Of a stretch of 43,567 nt of DNA, positions 9,950-18,249 are shown in pieces. Position numbers and translations under genes: made by a program. Below the pieces are notes generated by a model. That model was not told the origin of the DNA, ran no database searches, and was given only the letters and a program-made list of their open reading frames with translations. Positions within the stretch are counted from its first letter, which is position 1. Each line of letters opens with the position of its first letter. Origin of the DNA: an uncultured Anaerolineales bacterium (GTDB lineage: Bacteria > Chloroflexota > Anaerolineae > UBA3071); NCBI GenBank assembly GCA_965369635.1, contig CBDURC010000001.1, forward strand, positions 1 through 43,567, given 5' to 3'.

Positions 9950-10465
9950 ATGGGCGAGGAAGCCAACCATGAAGAGCAAGAGACTGTAACGGTGGAAGGC
10001 GAAGAACTCAGGGACGTCCAGGCGGAGACGGTGCACCTGTACCAGAGCGGGGCGAGGACGATCACCGCCAAGCAGGTGACCGTGGAGCAGGGCAGCGTGC
10101 GGCGCATCGAGGCGGAGACGGTCAGCCTGACCCAGGGCGGCGTGCAGACCATCCAGGCTGGACAGGTCGAGTTGCAGCAAGGCGGGGCTGTATCGGTGCG
10201 CAGCGAGGATGTGCGGTTCACTCAAGGCGGAGCGATCGTTGTCGCCGGAGAGGCCGTGAGCCTGAGCGACTCGATGACCATGGTGGTTGTGGGCGACCAG
10301 GTGAGGATCGAGAACAGTCGCGCGCTGCTGCTGCTGGCCGGTTCCGTCGAGGGGGACGTGCAGACCGTCCTTGATAGGGAGACGGCCATCGCCTTCGGCG
10401 CTGCCGCCGGCCTGATCTGTGGCCTGTTCTGCCTGTTGAAGGGATTGCTCAGCCGCAGGGAGTAG
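9950..10465 (+). CDS. Tail-anchored repeat protein with eight tandem 15-residue repeats and a C-terminal TM
   Basis: AGGAGGAGG lies 6 nt upstream of ATG 9950. Residues 21-140 are 8 x 15 aa of pattern xxIxAxxVxLxQGGx: RDVQAETVHLYQSGA / RTITAKQVTVEQGSV / RRIEAETVSLTQGGV / QTIQAGQVELQQGGA / VSVRSEDVRFTQGGA / IVVAGEAVSLSDSMT / MVVVGDQVRIENSRA / LLLLAGSVEGDVQTV. The C-terminal TM is AIAFGAAAGLICGLFCLLKGLL. Confidence 0.65.
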   Translation: MGEEANHEEQETVTVEGEELRDVQAETVHLYQSGARTITAKQVTVEQGSVRRIEAETVSLTQGGVQTIQAGQVELQQGGAVSVRSEDVRFTQGGAIVVAGEAVSLSDSMTMVVVGDQVRIENSRALLLLAGSVEGDVQTVLDRETAIAFGAAAGLICGLFCLLKGLLSRRE

Positions 10466-10476
10466 GTGAAAGGGGG

Positions 10477-10863
10477 ATGACCATGGCGAGCAGTAGATAC
10501 GCTGGCGACCGGGCCGCGAAGTGGATGCGTTGGGTTGCCCGTGGGATAGGCACGCTGGCCGCAGTATTCTGGCCGCTCGCCTTGTTGGCCAGCGCGATCG
10601 GTGAGGCGATCGGGGGCGAATTCGAGCGGTCGCTGGAAGGGGCGATGCTGGCAGCGCTGGTGATCGTTGCGGTGGTCGGTGTTGCCATCGCCTGGCGGCG
10701 GGAAGCGATCGGTGGGGCGATAGCGGTCATCGCCGGCGTTGCCCTGTGCATCTTCGCCTACGTCACCGCCGGCGCCAGGGAGGGCTTGGCCATGGCGGTT
10801 TCCGGTGGGCCCTTCCTGTTGGCCGGCGTTCTGTTCCTCGCCAGTAGGTGGCGATCCCGGTGA
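10477..10863 (+). CDS. Small integral membrane protein (about 4 TM), function unknown
   Basis: Hydrophobic segments GIGTLAAVFWPLALLASAIG, AMLAALVIVAVVGVAIAW, AIAVIAGVALCIFAYV and GGPFLLAGVLFLA. It starts 11 nt after the preceding gene. The start may be the second ATG (10483), which has better spacing from AGGGGG. Confidence 0.6.
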   Translation: MTMASSRYAGDRAAKWMRWVARGIGTLAAVFWPLALLASAIGEAIGGEFERSLEGAMLAALVIVAVVGVAIAWRREAIGGAIAVIAGVALCIFAYVTAGAREGLAMAVSGGPFLLAGVLFLASRWRSR

Positions 10864-11005
10864 GCGGGTGTGGTGTGGTACGAACTTGATGTGACATTGC
10901 CTGGCTATCGTCGGGGAATCTGGTTCGATAGCGTCGGATGGGAGTAGCTGTCGATACTCATAGTCGTGATGACGAATCTTGTTGAGATAAGGAGTAGCTC
11001 GGAGA

Positions 11006-11683
11006 ATGACCACATTGGAATTGCAAGCTGAACCCCGCACTACTGTGGGGCGGAGGCTGAAGACACTGCGAGACCAGGGCTACGTGCCTTCTGTGCTCTA
11101 TGGGCATGGCATCTCCTCGCAACCGTTACAGGTCGAGGAACGGGCACTGAGGTTGCTGTTGGCGCGCGGTGGAGCGCACAACATTGTCTCTCTCTCCATC
11201 GCTGGCACAAAGGAATCGCACATGGTGCTAGTGCGCGAGATCCAGCGTGATCCCCTGAAGCCACTTGTACTGCATGTGGACTTCTATCGCGTGGTGATGA
11301 CGGAGAAACTGCAGGCTCATGTGCCCCTGGTCATCGTTGGTGAATCGCCAGCTGTTGTCGATGGCTTGGGTGCGTTGGTGCAGAACCTGGACAGCGTGGA
11401 GGTAGAGTGTCTGCCGGGTGATCTGCCGTCATCCTTTGAGGTGGACATAAGCGTCCTGGAGCGCACGGACCAGAACGTCACCGTTGGCGACATCGCGTCG
11501 CCCCAGGGGGTGGAGATTCTGGACGCTCCGGAAACGGTCATCATCAGCGTAGCCATCGCACGCGTGCTGGAGGAGGAAGAGGAGGCGGAAGTGGAGATCG
11601 CTGTTCCTGAGCCGGAGGACGTTGAGGTCGTGGCCAAGGGCAGGGCGGCGAAGGGCATCGAAGGGGAATCCGAGGAAGATTAG
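11006..11683 (+). CDS. rplY: 50S ribosomal protein L25 / general stress protein Ctc (long form)
   Basis: MTTLELQAEPRTTVGRRLKTLRDQGYVPSVLYGHG is the classic L25/Ctc N-terminus. The C-terminal tail is acidic. Confidence 0.9.
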   Translation: MTTLELQAEPRTTVGRRLKTLRDQGYVPSVLYGHGISSQPLQVEERALRLLLARGGAHNIVSLSIAGTKESHMVLVREIQRDPLKPLVLHVDFYRVVMTEKLQAHVPLVIVGESPAVVDGLGALVQNLDSVEVECLPGDLPSSFEVDISVLERTDQNVTVGDIASPQGVEILDAPETVIISVAIARVLEEEEEAEVEIAVPEPEDVEVVAKGRAAKGIEGESEED

Positions 11684-11701
11684 CTAGATCTGGCTCTGCG
11701 T

Positions 11702-11725
11702 GGGGGCAGCCACATGGCTGCCCCC
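11702..11725. terminator. Hairpin between the convergent rplY and M23-peptidase genes
   Basis: GGGGGCAGCC-acat-GGCTGCCCCC forms a 10-bp perfect GC-rich stem. On the plus strand it is followed by TATGTCCTATTCTTC. Confidence 0.55.
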
Positions 11726-11731
11726 TATGTC

Positions 11732-12841
11732 CTATTCTTCGTTCTCAATCTGCGGCATAACCTCCCGCGTCCACTGCAAGGGATCCACAGCCACGTCTCC
11801 CACCCGCAGCTCCCAGTGCAAGTGGTCGCCAGTGGATAACCCCGTGCTCCCCACGCGGCCCAGTGGATCGCCCTGCGCTACCTCATCCCCTTCCTCGACG
11901 AATATCCGCCACAGGTGCCAGTAGCCACTGTGCACGCCCGCGCCATGATCGAGGATCAGCGCATTGCCACGTACGGTCAGTTGTTCGGCCAGGACGACTT
12001 GGCCCGCTGCAGGCGCCAGCACCAGCGCGCCCTGCTTCGCTCCGTAGTCCACCCCGGCGTGATAGCTGCTCACTGGACCGCCGTTGTACGACCGTCGCTG
12101 CCCGAAGAGGGAGGTCACAGACCACATCGGGCGTACTGGGATAGCAAAGTGCCCCTGCCACAGGGGCTCTGGAGCGCTCACGGCCCAGATTGCCGCCAGT
12201 CGCTCCCGCTCGCGCCGCAGCAACTCGGGATCCAGCAGCCTGCTCGTTGCTGGCGACAGATAGATGTGCCCGGTGTCGAAGTCCCCTGCCTGCACGAGGA
12301 CGCCGGCGCTTGACGTCCACTGCTTGCCGTGGTCATCCAGCGCTTCCAGGGCCAGGGAATGCGGCCCTGGAAGCGCCAGCGCGTGCACCCCTGCCAGCGC
12401 CCAGTAGCGCCACTCACCTCCAGTGTCTGCCTCCTCGGTGACCCAGTGCAGCGCATGGTCATCGAACGTCCCTGTCAGAGTCAGTGGTCTGCTGGCTTCT
12501 ACAGCTATCGTCCACGTCTGCCCCTGGATCGGCGCTTCCGACGGCATACACAGTGCGATGATGGGTTCCGGCAGCGTTGCGGGGAACTCAATGGCTGGCC
12601 GCGGGATCAGCAATCGCTCACCGACGGAGATCAAGTCGGGGTTCGAGAGATCGTTGGCGGCCGCGACCGCTTCCACAGAGGTGCCGTAGCGCGCCGCCAG
12701 CTCGCCCAACGTATCACCCGGCCGAACGGTGTGAATTATTCCCGCAATGGGGAGCGGCGCCGCCAAGGCAAGTGGCGCTGACAGCAGCAACAGGCTCAGA
12801 AGAAGCCACACCGTCGCAGCGCAGTGCCGCCCGCGTTTCAT
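11732..12841 (-). CDS. LysM domain-containing M23 family metallopeptidase
   Basis: It has a signal peptide and a LysM domain (HTVRPGDTLGELAARYGTSVEAVAAANDL). M23 motifs are HAGVDYGA and TGLSTGDHLHWELR. Its ATG overlaps the hpt stop as ATGA (12838-12841). Confidence 0.85.
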   Translation of the reverse strand: MKRGRHCAATVWLLLSLLLLSAPLALAAPLPIAGIIHTVRPGDTLGELAARYGTSVEAVAAANDLSNPDLISVGERLLIPRPAIEFPATLPEPIIALCMPSEAPIQGQTWTIAVEASRPLTLTGTFDDHALHWVTEEADTGGEWRYWALAGVHALALPGPHSLALEALDDHGKQWTSSAGVLVQAGDFDTGHIYLSPATSRLLDPELLRRERERLAAIWAVSAPEPLWQGHFAIPVRPMWSVTSLFGQRRSYNGGPVSSYHAGVDYGAKQGALVLAPAAGQVVLAEQLTVRGNALILDHGAGVHSGYWHLWRIFVEEGDEVAQGDPLGRVGSTGLSTGDHLHWELRVGDVAVDPLQWTREVMPQIENEE

Positions 12842-13410
12842 ACGCGTCCCTCCACGGATTCCCGACTCGACGCTGCTATGTATTCGGGCTTCAGCGCGGC
12901 GATGTAGGGTTGGTTGCGGTGAAGCTGGCGGAGGTCGAGGCCGTAGCCGAAAACGAACCTGTTGGGGATGTCGAAGCCGACGTAGTCCAGAGGGACCTCG
13001 ATCACTCGGCGGCTGGGCTTGTTGAGTAATGTGCAGACACGCAGGCTCGCCGGACGGCGGGCCTGCAGTATGCGCAGCAGGTAGTCCATCGTGCGGCCTG
13101 TGTCCACTATGTCCTCGACGATAAGAACGTTGCGGCCACCGATTGGCTCATCCAGGTCTTTGAGGATGCGCACTACTCCCGTGGTCTCAGTACTGTGGCC
13201 GTAGGAAGAAGTGGCCATGAAGTCAATGGCATGGGGTACGCTGATGTGGCGCATCAAGTCGGTCAGGAAGAGGACGCCTCCCTTGAGCACGGCGATGAGC
13301 AGCAAGTCCTGGCCCTTGTAGTCAGCGCTGATCTGCTGTCCCAGTTCAGCCACGCGCGATTGGATCTCTTCGGAGGTGATGAGGATGTCAGCTATGTCGC
13401 TGATCGGCAT
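12838..13410 (-). CDS. hpt: Hypoxanthine phosphoribosyltransferase
   Basis: The PRPP-binding loop VLIVEDIVDTGRTM is present and the sequence is HPRT-like overall. The start is ATG 13410 (MPISDIADILITSEEIQ) with GGAGG upstream. The longer track ORF is an upstream extension. Confidence 0.9.
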   Translation of the reverse strand: MPISDIADILITSEEIQSRVAELGQQISADYKGQDLLLIAVLKGGVLFLTDLMRHISVPHAIDFMATSSYGHSTETTGVVRILKDLDEPIGGRNVLIVEDIVDTGRTMDYLLRILQARRPASLRVCTLLNKPSRRVIEVPLDYVGFDIPNRFVFGYGLDLRQLHRNQPYIAALKPEYIAASSRESVEGRV

Positions 13411-13433
13411 GTGGTAAGCCTCCGTGATGATTT

Positions 13434-13967
13434 CTACAGCGAGATGCCTGTGATACGCCAGCGTTGGCGGCCACGCGGCCGCTGCCACCAGCGTGACCAG
13501 GGCAAACCCCAGGCCCAGGCCATACCATCGTGTGCCGCATCGCCGAGGTAGAAGGTCGCCTGGTGAGCCTCACTCCCACGCTGTAGCGCCACCTCCACGC
13601 GAGCGGCAAAAGCATCGTAGCCATCGGGGAGCTGTATCGGCTCGCAGCAGTGGCTCCAGTAAGTAGCCGGCCCGACCTGAACCTGCGCCCCTGGCACGAG
13701 CGATGCCAGTTCCTTCACCTGCACTCGCTGCTTGCCTGCGCGCTGGGCTATCCAGGCGTCATCTCCAGGCGGATACCCTGGCAGCGTTACCGCCCACCAC
13801 TGCAGCGCTCCCGCTACGTCGCCCGCGTCCAGGGCCTCGAGGCAGGAAGCGACCACGGCATCGGGCGCTGCTGCCGCCGCAGGCCAGAAGTGCATGGCCA
13901 GGGCCAGGACGGCTAGCAAGACAGCACTGCTCAGCAGGCAGGCGAGGATCAGCCTCGGCGCTCTCAT
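13434..13967 (-). CDS. Hypothetical secreted protein
   Basis: Signal-like N-terminus MRAPRLILACLLSSAVLLAVLALA. GGGAGGTGG lies upstream of ATG 13967. I recognised no family. Confidence 0.5.
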   Translation of the reverse strand: MRAPRLILACLLSSAVLLAVLALAMHFWPAAAAAPDAVVASCLEALDAGDVAGALQWWAVTLPGYPPGDDAWIAQRAGKQRVQVKELASLVPGAQVQVGPATYWSHCCEPIQLPDGYDAFAARVEVALQRGSEAHQATFYLGDAAHDGMAWAWGLPWSRWWQRPRGRQRWRITGISL

Positions 13968-14063
13968 GCCTCTGCCACCTCCCTCTGCCACCACTTCTCA
14001 TCTGCCACCTCTTCTCAGATGAAGACCAGAATGCACTGCTTCGGCGGGAAGCGTCTCCTGAGC

Positions 14064-14092
14064 ATTTTACCTCACCTTACCGGTCTCGGCAA
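14064..14092 (-). promoter_or_regulatory. Candidate sigma-70 promoter for the hypothetical-hpt-M23 string
   Basis: The minus strand reads TTGCCG-17 nt-TAAAAT, about 90 nt upstream of ATG 13967. Confidence 0.35.
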
Positions 14093-14115
14093 GCCGCTGG
14101 CGGAACATGGGCGAC

Positions 14116-14173
14116 CGTAGTAGCGACTTCAGTCGCTTTCGCAGCGGGAATCACGACTGAAGTTGTCACTACG
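14116..14173. repeat. Palindromic intergenic repeat, family A (copy 1)
   Basis: CGTAGTAGCGACTTCAGTCGctttcgcagcgggaatcaCGACTGAAGTTGTCACTACG has about 20-nt arms. Its first 27 nt and last 9 nt recur in reverse orientation at 32311-32367. It lies 30 nt downstream of the rlmI stop. Confidence 0.7.
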
Positions 14174-14203
14174 TGTCCCCAACACCATACGTTCATGCCG
14201 TCG

Positions 14204-15406
14204 TCACCAGACTCTGCATATGAAGCCCTTGAGATATGCCCCCTGGGGGAAGGACAGCAGAACGGGGTGATCGGGCGGCTGCCCCAGCCACTCCAGGATC
14301 TGCACGTCTCGTCCGGCGTCCACACTCGCTCCAAAGACCACCTTTTGGAACAGGTCCGCTGAGATCAGGCCGGAGCAGGAGAAAGTGGCGAGGATGCCAC
14401 CCGGACGCAGAAGTTTCAGTGCCAGTAGGTTGATGTCCTTGTAGCCTCGGGTGGCCGATTGGATCTGCCTTTTCGTGTGGGCGAACTTGGGCGGGTCGAG
14501 GATGATCAGATCGAACTGCTGCTCCGTGTCGCGGAAGCTGCGCAGTACTCCAAACACGTCGCCGGCGATCTGTTCTGCTTGGCAGTCCGGATCGAAGCCA
14601 TTGAGCGCCAGGTTGCCCTCGGCCAGTTCCAGTGCCTCGAACGAACTCTCGACGTTGGTCACGTGCTTCGCGCCCATGGCCAGCGTGTAGACGGCGAAAG
14701 CGCCCGTGTAGGCGAACGCGTTGAGCACTTCCTTCTCGGCTGCGTAGGCCGCAACGCGTTGCCGGTTCTCCCGCTGATCCAGGTAGAAGCCGGTTTTCTG
14801 TCCTGCGGTGATGTCTACGGAGAAGCGATGGCCATGTTCCCGTATTTCCGTCAGGGGCGGAGGCATCTTGCCCGCCAGCAGGCCAGCGTACGGCTCCAGC
14901 CCCTCCTTGTGGCGCACGGCCACATCGCTTCGCTCGTAGATGCCTCGTGGCTTCTTCATCTCGTGCACCATCCCCATCAGCAGTTCGATGATGGTCTTCT
15001 TCTTCCGCTCGATGCCCGCGGTCAGAAACTGCGCCACCAGCCAGTCACCGTAGCGATCCACTACCAGCCCGGGCAGCCCGTCGCTCTCAGCGTGCACCAG
15101 CCGGTAGGCGGTGGTCTCGGGGTCAGCGGCCAGCGCAGCGCGGCTGGCGATGGCGCGCTGCAACCGCCGTTTCCAGAAGTCTCGGTCGATCTGCTCCTTG
15201 GCGTCCCAGGTCAGCAGCCGCACGGTGATCTGAGAGCGGCGGTTGAGGTAGCCGCGGGCCAGCCACTCGTCGGTGGCACTGACTACGTCCACCACATCAC
15301 CATCGGCAGCTTCTCCTTCGATGCGCCGAATGGCGCCGGAGAAAAGCCAGGGGTGACGGTTGATGACTGGTTTCTCTCTGCCGGGTTTCAGGAGCACTCT
15401 GGCCAT
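14204..15406 (-). CDS. rlmI: Class I SAM-dependent 23S rRNA (cytosine-C5) methyltransferase, RlmI-like (PUA + MTase)
   Basis: N-terminus MARVLLKPGREKPVINRHPWLFSGAI is RlmI-like. The SAM-MTase core contains LNAFAYTGAF and IILDPPKFA. GAGGAGGG lies upstream of the ATG. Confidence 0.8.
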   Translation of the reverse strand: MARVLLKPGREKPVINRHPWLFSGAIRRIEGEAADGDVVDVVSATDEWLARGYLNRRSQITVRLLTWDAKEQIDRDFWKRRLQRAIASRAALAADPETTAYRLVHAESDGLPGLVVDRYGDWLVAQFLTAGIERKKKTIIELLMGMVHEMKKPRGIYERSDVAVRHKEGLEPYAGLLAGKMPPPLTEIREHGHRFSVDITAGQKTGFYLDQRENRQRVAAYAAEKEVLNAFAYTGAFAVYTLAMGAKHVTNVESSFEALELAEGNLALNGFDPDCQAEQIAGDVFGVLRSFRDTEQQFDLIILDPPKFAHTKRQIQSATRGYKDINLLALKLLRPGGILATFSCSGLISADLFQKVVFGASVDAGRDVQILEWLGQPPDHPVLLSFPQGAYLKGFICRVW

Positions 15407-15483
15407 GTATGCCCTCCTCAGGATCGGTCAAGCAACATGCAGCGCACAACATCGTGTGACCTGCTGCGTACTGCGTGTTCCGT

Positions 15484-17010
15484 CTACCGTGCGCCTCGCG
15501 TCAGCCTGTGGAAGCGCAGTTGCAGCACACGCTGCGTGGCTGCCGTGACCCGCGTCCGTTCGTCCTGCCGATAGCCTACCACCCAGGCGATGCCTGATCG
15601 GCCGACCAGCAGCGGCCAGCGGCTGCGCAACTCCCGCGGCAGCTTGACGTTGATCATGAAAGCGGAGAGCTCAGCAGTCCGGCCGCCCATGCCCAGTGGC
15701 TGAAAGCGGTCGCCCGGCTGCCTGGGCCGCAGATGCAGCTCAACGCCCGCTTCCTCAGCGTCCAGGAAGGCCTGCCAGCGGTCGGCGTTTACCTCCCATC
15801 CGGCTGGCAGTTCCGCGTGTGTCAGCAGGGTGGTCTCGACACGCCAGTCCGTATTGGGCATGGTGACGGCGCCGGGGACAGGTAACATGAGCTGCGGCGC
15901 GTGCAGCAGCGGAAGATTGGGCGGCGACGGTTCGTACTCCTCCTCCGCGACCACCAGGCAATCGTAGCCGAGTGTGAGCATAAGCCCTTGGGGCAACGTG
16001 GCCTGCGCTCCAGTGGACTTCTCCCGCGCCAGCCACAAAGCGTCCTCGATGTGCACGAAGCTGACGTTGCGCAAGCTGTGCCGCAACCGGTGCACTGCCT
16101 CGCGCAACGTGGCTCTTTGCAGGCTGCGTGGCAGGGCCCTCCATGCCGTCAAGTCGAACTCGACGGATCTCTCGCCTTCGGCGATGACCGATTGCGTCCA
16201 GGCCTGTTCGAGCGAGGCTCGCAGCAGAGCGTAGTCGTCGGCGATGACTCTTGCCGAGCGGCGAAGGATGTCTCGCACCTGCGGATTGTATGTTTCCAGT
16301 AGGGGCAGGAGCTTGTGGCGCAACCGGTTGCGGTGTAAGGTCGTATCCAGATTGGAACGGTCGAAGCGGGGTTGCAGACCGTGTGCCAGGCAGTAAGCTT
16401 CGATCTGAGAGCGTGGGACTTCCAGAAGTGGACGGACCAACCGCAGCCCGCAGGTATCCGGTTGCTCACCAGCGGGCAGCAGCGGTAGTCGCAGCGTGTC
16501 CAGTGGGGTCACCGGCAGCATCCCCCGCAGGCCTGCCAGGCCTGCGCCTCGAAGCCAGTGCATGAGCACCGTCTCGGTCTGGTCGTCACCATTGTGCCCC
16601 ACGGCGATGGTGTGCGCTCCGATTTGCCGGGCAACGCGGGCCAGGAAAGCGTAACGGGCCTGGCGAGCGATCTCTTCCAAGGCGATGCCCGGCCTGGCAG
16701 CCAGCGCGGGCACATTCACCCTCTCCACAGTGCAGGGCAACTCCCAGGCTGCAGCGGTCTTGCGCACGAAGGCTGCGTCAGCGTCCGCTTCGGCGCCGCG
16801 AATCCCGTGATGGAGATGTGCCACGTGAAGCTGAAGCCCGTATTCGGACCCTGACTGGTGCAGGACGTGCAACAGGCACAGAGAATCCGGGCCGCCTGAA
16901 ACCCCGACCACCAGCTTTTCACCGATGGTGAACAACTGGTGTCGCTCAATAGTACGTCGCACCCAGGTCAATAGATCTCGCTTCACGGTTGAGCCTCGCG
17001 CGGTTGCCAT
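15484..17010 (-). CDS. tilS: tRNA(Ile)-lysidine synthase
   Basis: PP-loop motif VGVSGGPDSLCLLHVL is present. This is the long form with a C-terminal substrate-binding domain. Confidence 0.9.
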   Translation of the reverse strand: MATARGSTVKRDLLTWVRRTIERHQLFTIGEKLVVGVSGGPDSLCLLHVLHQSGSEYGLQLHVAHLHHGIRGAEADADAAFVRKTAAAWELPCTVERVNVPALAARPGIALEEIARQARYAFLARVARQIGAHTIAVGHNGDDQTETVLMHWLRGAGLAGLRGMLPVTPLDTLRLPLLPAGEQPDTCGLRLVRPLLEVPRSQIEAYCLAHGLQPRFDRSNLDTTLHRNRLRHKLLPLLETYNPQVRDILRRSARVIADDYALLRASLEQAWTQSVIAEGERSVEFDLTAWRALPRSLQRATLREAVHRLRHSLRNVSFVHIEDALWLAREKSTGAQATLPQGLMLTLGYDCLVVAEEEYEPSPPNLPLLHAPQLMLPVPGAVTMPNTDWRVETTLLTHAELPAGWEVNADRWQAFLDAEEAGVELHLRPRQPGDRFQPLGMGGRTAELSAFMINVKLPRELRSRWPLLVGRSGIAWVVGYRQDERTRVTAATQRVLQLRFHRLTRGAR

Positions 17011-17011
17011 T

Positions 17012-17057
17012 AGGTACCAGGGCGTTCTTGATCACTGGGCACTGATTCCTGGTACCT
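17012..17057. promoter_or_regulatory. 10-bp perfect inverted repeat abutting the tilS start codon
   Basis: AGGTACCAGG (17012-17021) and CCTGGTACCT (17048-17057) are separated by 26 nt. The pair lies between the predicted tilS -10 and ATG 17010. Confidence 0.4.
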
Positions 17058-17070
17058 GACCCGCACATGG

Positions 17071-17100
17071 ATTATACCACTCGTTTTCCCTCTAAGCCAA
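17071..17100 (-). promoter_or_regulatory. Extended -10 promoter for tilS
   Basis: The minus strand reads TTGGCT-18 nt-(gTGg)TATAAT, with the -10 at 17076..17071. Confidence 0.5.
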
Positions 17101-17113
17101 CTTGTGGTATAAT
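17085..17113 (+). promoter_or_regulatory. Extended -10 promoter for the mreBCD-mrdA-rodA operon
   Basis: gTGgTATAAT sits at 17104-17113. It is the exact inverted copy of the tilS -10 block. The -35 is weak (TTTCCC). Confidence 0.5.
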
Positions 17114-17176
17114 GTTTGGTGGTTCTGGGGCGAGACTGCTCGCCGCGGCCGAAAATCATGCTTCAGGAGAAAACGT

Positions 17177-18238
17177 GTGGCTAGCCCTCTCAACTGGTTA
17201 CTGGGCCTCTTCTCCCTGGATGTAGGCATTGATCTGGGGACGGCCAACATACTGGTCTACGTTCGTCGCAAAGGAATCGTGATCCGTGAGCCTTCCGTGG
17301 TGGCTATCGAAACCAAAACGCAGAAAGTTCTGGCTATCGGCGAGGAGGCGAAGGCGATGGTGGGTCGCACGCCCGCCAATATCGTGGCCATTCGCCCACT
17401 GCGGGATGGTGTCATCTCTGACTTCGATGTCACAGAGAAGATGTTGCACTACTTCATCCATAAGGTACATGAGCGCATGGTGATGCGCGTTCCCCGCCCG
17501 CGAGTAGTGGTGGGGATTCCCAGCGGCGTGACTGAGGTGGAGAAGCGGGCGGTGTATGACGCTACTACCAGCGCTGGAGCGCGGGAGGTCTACCTCGTTG
17601 AGCAACCTATGGCCGCAGCCATTGGCGCCGGGCTGCCTATCACCGAATCCACCGGCAGTATGATCGTGGACGTCGGTGGTGGTACCACAGAGGTCGCGGT
17701 GATCTCTCTCGGCGGCATCGTCGTCTCTCGCTCTCTGCGTGTCGCCGGTGACGAGATGGACGAGAGTATCATCAACTACGCCCGCCAGAAGTACAATCTG
17801 CTCATCGGCGAGCGCACCGCGGAGCAGGCCAAGATCGATGCTGGCTCCGCCTACCCGCTGGAGGAAGAGTTGATGGTCACCCTGCGCGGCCGCAACCTGA
17901 TCACCGGGCTACCCGAGGCCGTGGACGTCAGCAGTGTGGAATTGCGAGAAGCGTTGAGTGGTCCCGTCAGCGCCATCGCCCAGACGGTCAGGGATGCCAT
18001 CGACGCGACCCCACCGGAGCTGATCTCTGACCTAATGCAGCATGGCATTGTCCTCTCTGGTGGCAGTTCGCAGTTGCGAGGGCTGGACGAGCGACTGAGC
18101 GAGGAAACGAAGATGCAGGTGCGCGTCGCTGAAGACCCCATGACCTGCGTAGCCCTGGGGTCAGGCATGATTCTGGAAGAGTTGGACACGCTGCACAAGG
18201 TGCTGACCGACATGCAGCGGAGGGGCGTAACGCGTTAA
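17177..18238 (+). CDS. mreB: Rod shape-determining protein MreB
   Basis: FSLDVGIDLGTANILVYV and DVGGGTTEVAVISLGG are actin-fold phosphate motifs. I chose GTG 17177 with AGGAGA 6 nt upstream. The track ORF from TTG 17102 is an extension that overlaps the promoter. Confidence 0.95.
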   Translation: MASPLNWLLGLFSLDVGIDLGTANILVYVRRKGIVIREPSVVAIETKTQKVLAIGEEAKAMVGRTPANIVAIRPLRDGVISDFDVTEKMLHYFIHKVHERMVMRVPRPRVVVGIPSGVTEVEKRAVYDATTSAGAREVYLVEQPMAAAIGAGLPITESTGSMIVDVGGGTTEVAVISLGGIVVSRSLRVAGDEMDESIINYARQKYNLLIGERTAEQAKIDAGSAYPLEEELMVTLRGRNLITGLPEAVDVSSVELREALSGPVSAIAQTVRDAIDATPPELISDLMQHGIVLSGGSSQLRGLDERLSEETKMQVRVAEDPMTCVALGSGMILEELDTLHKVLTDMQRRGVTR

Positions 18239-18249
18239 GCCGCCAAGCC

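Noticed and set aside
13703-14362. 219-aa plus-strand ORF containing VVATSVAFAAGITTEVVTT
   Set aside because: It reads through the family-A palindromic repeat and overlaps two minus-strand genes. It has no RBS and its composition is Arg/Pro-rich.
14459-15574. 371-aa plus-strand ORF opposite rlmI
   Set aside because: It is a shadow ORF. The minus frame has the PUA N-terminus and the DPPKFA methyltransferase motif.
17102-17176. N-terminal extension of mreB from TTG 17102. Similar extensions occur for hpt (to 13488), the sigma factor (to 1914), M50 (from 22819), nfo (to 43390), the LysM protein (to 34597) and the 5050 gene (to 5697).
   Set aside because: The extensions overlap neighbouring genes or predicted promoters. 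They lack family-typical N-termini, and better RBS-supported internal starts exist.
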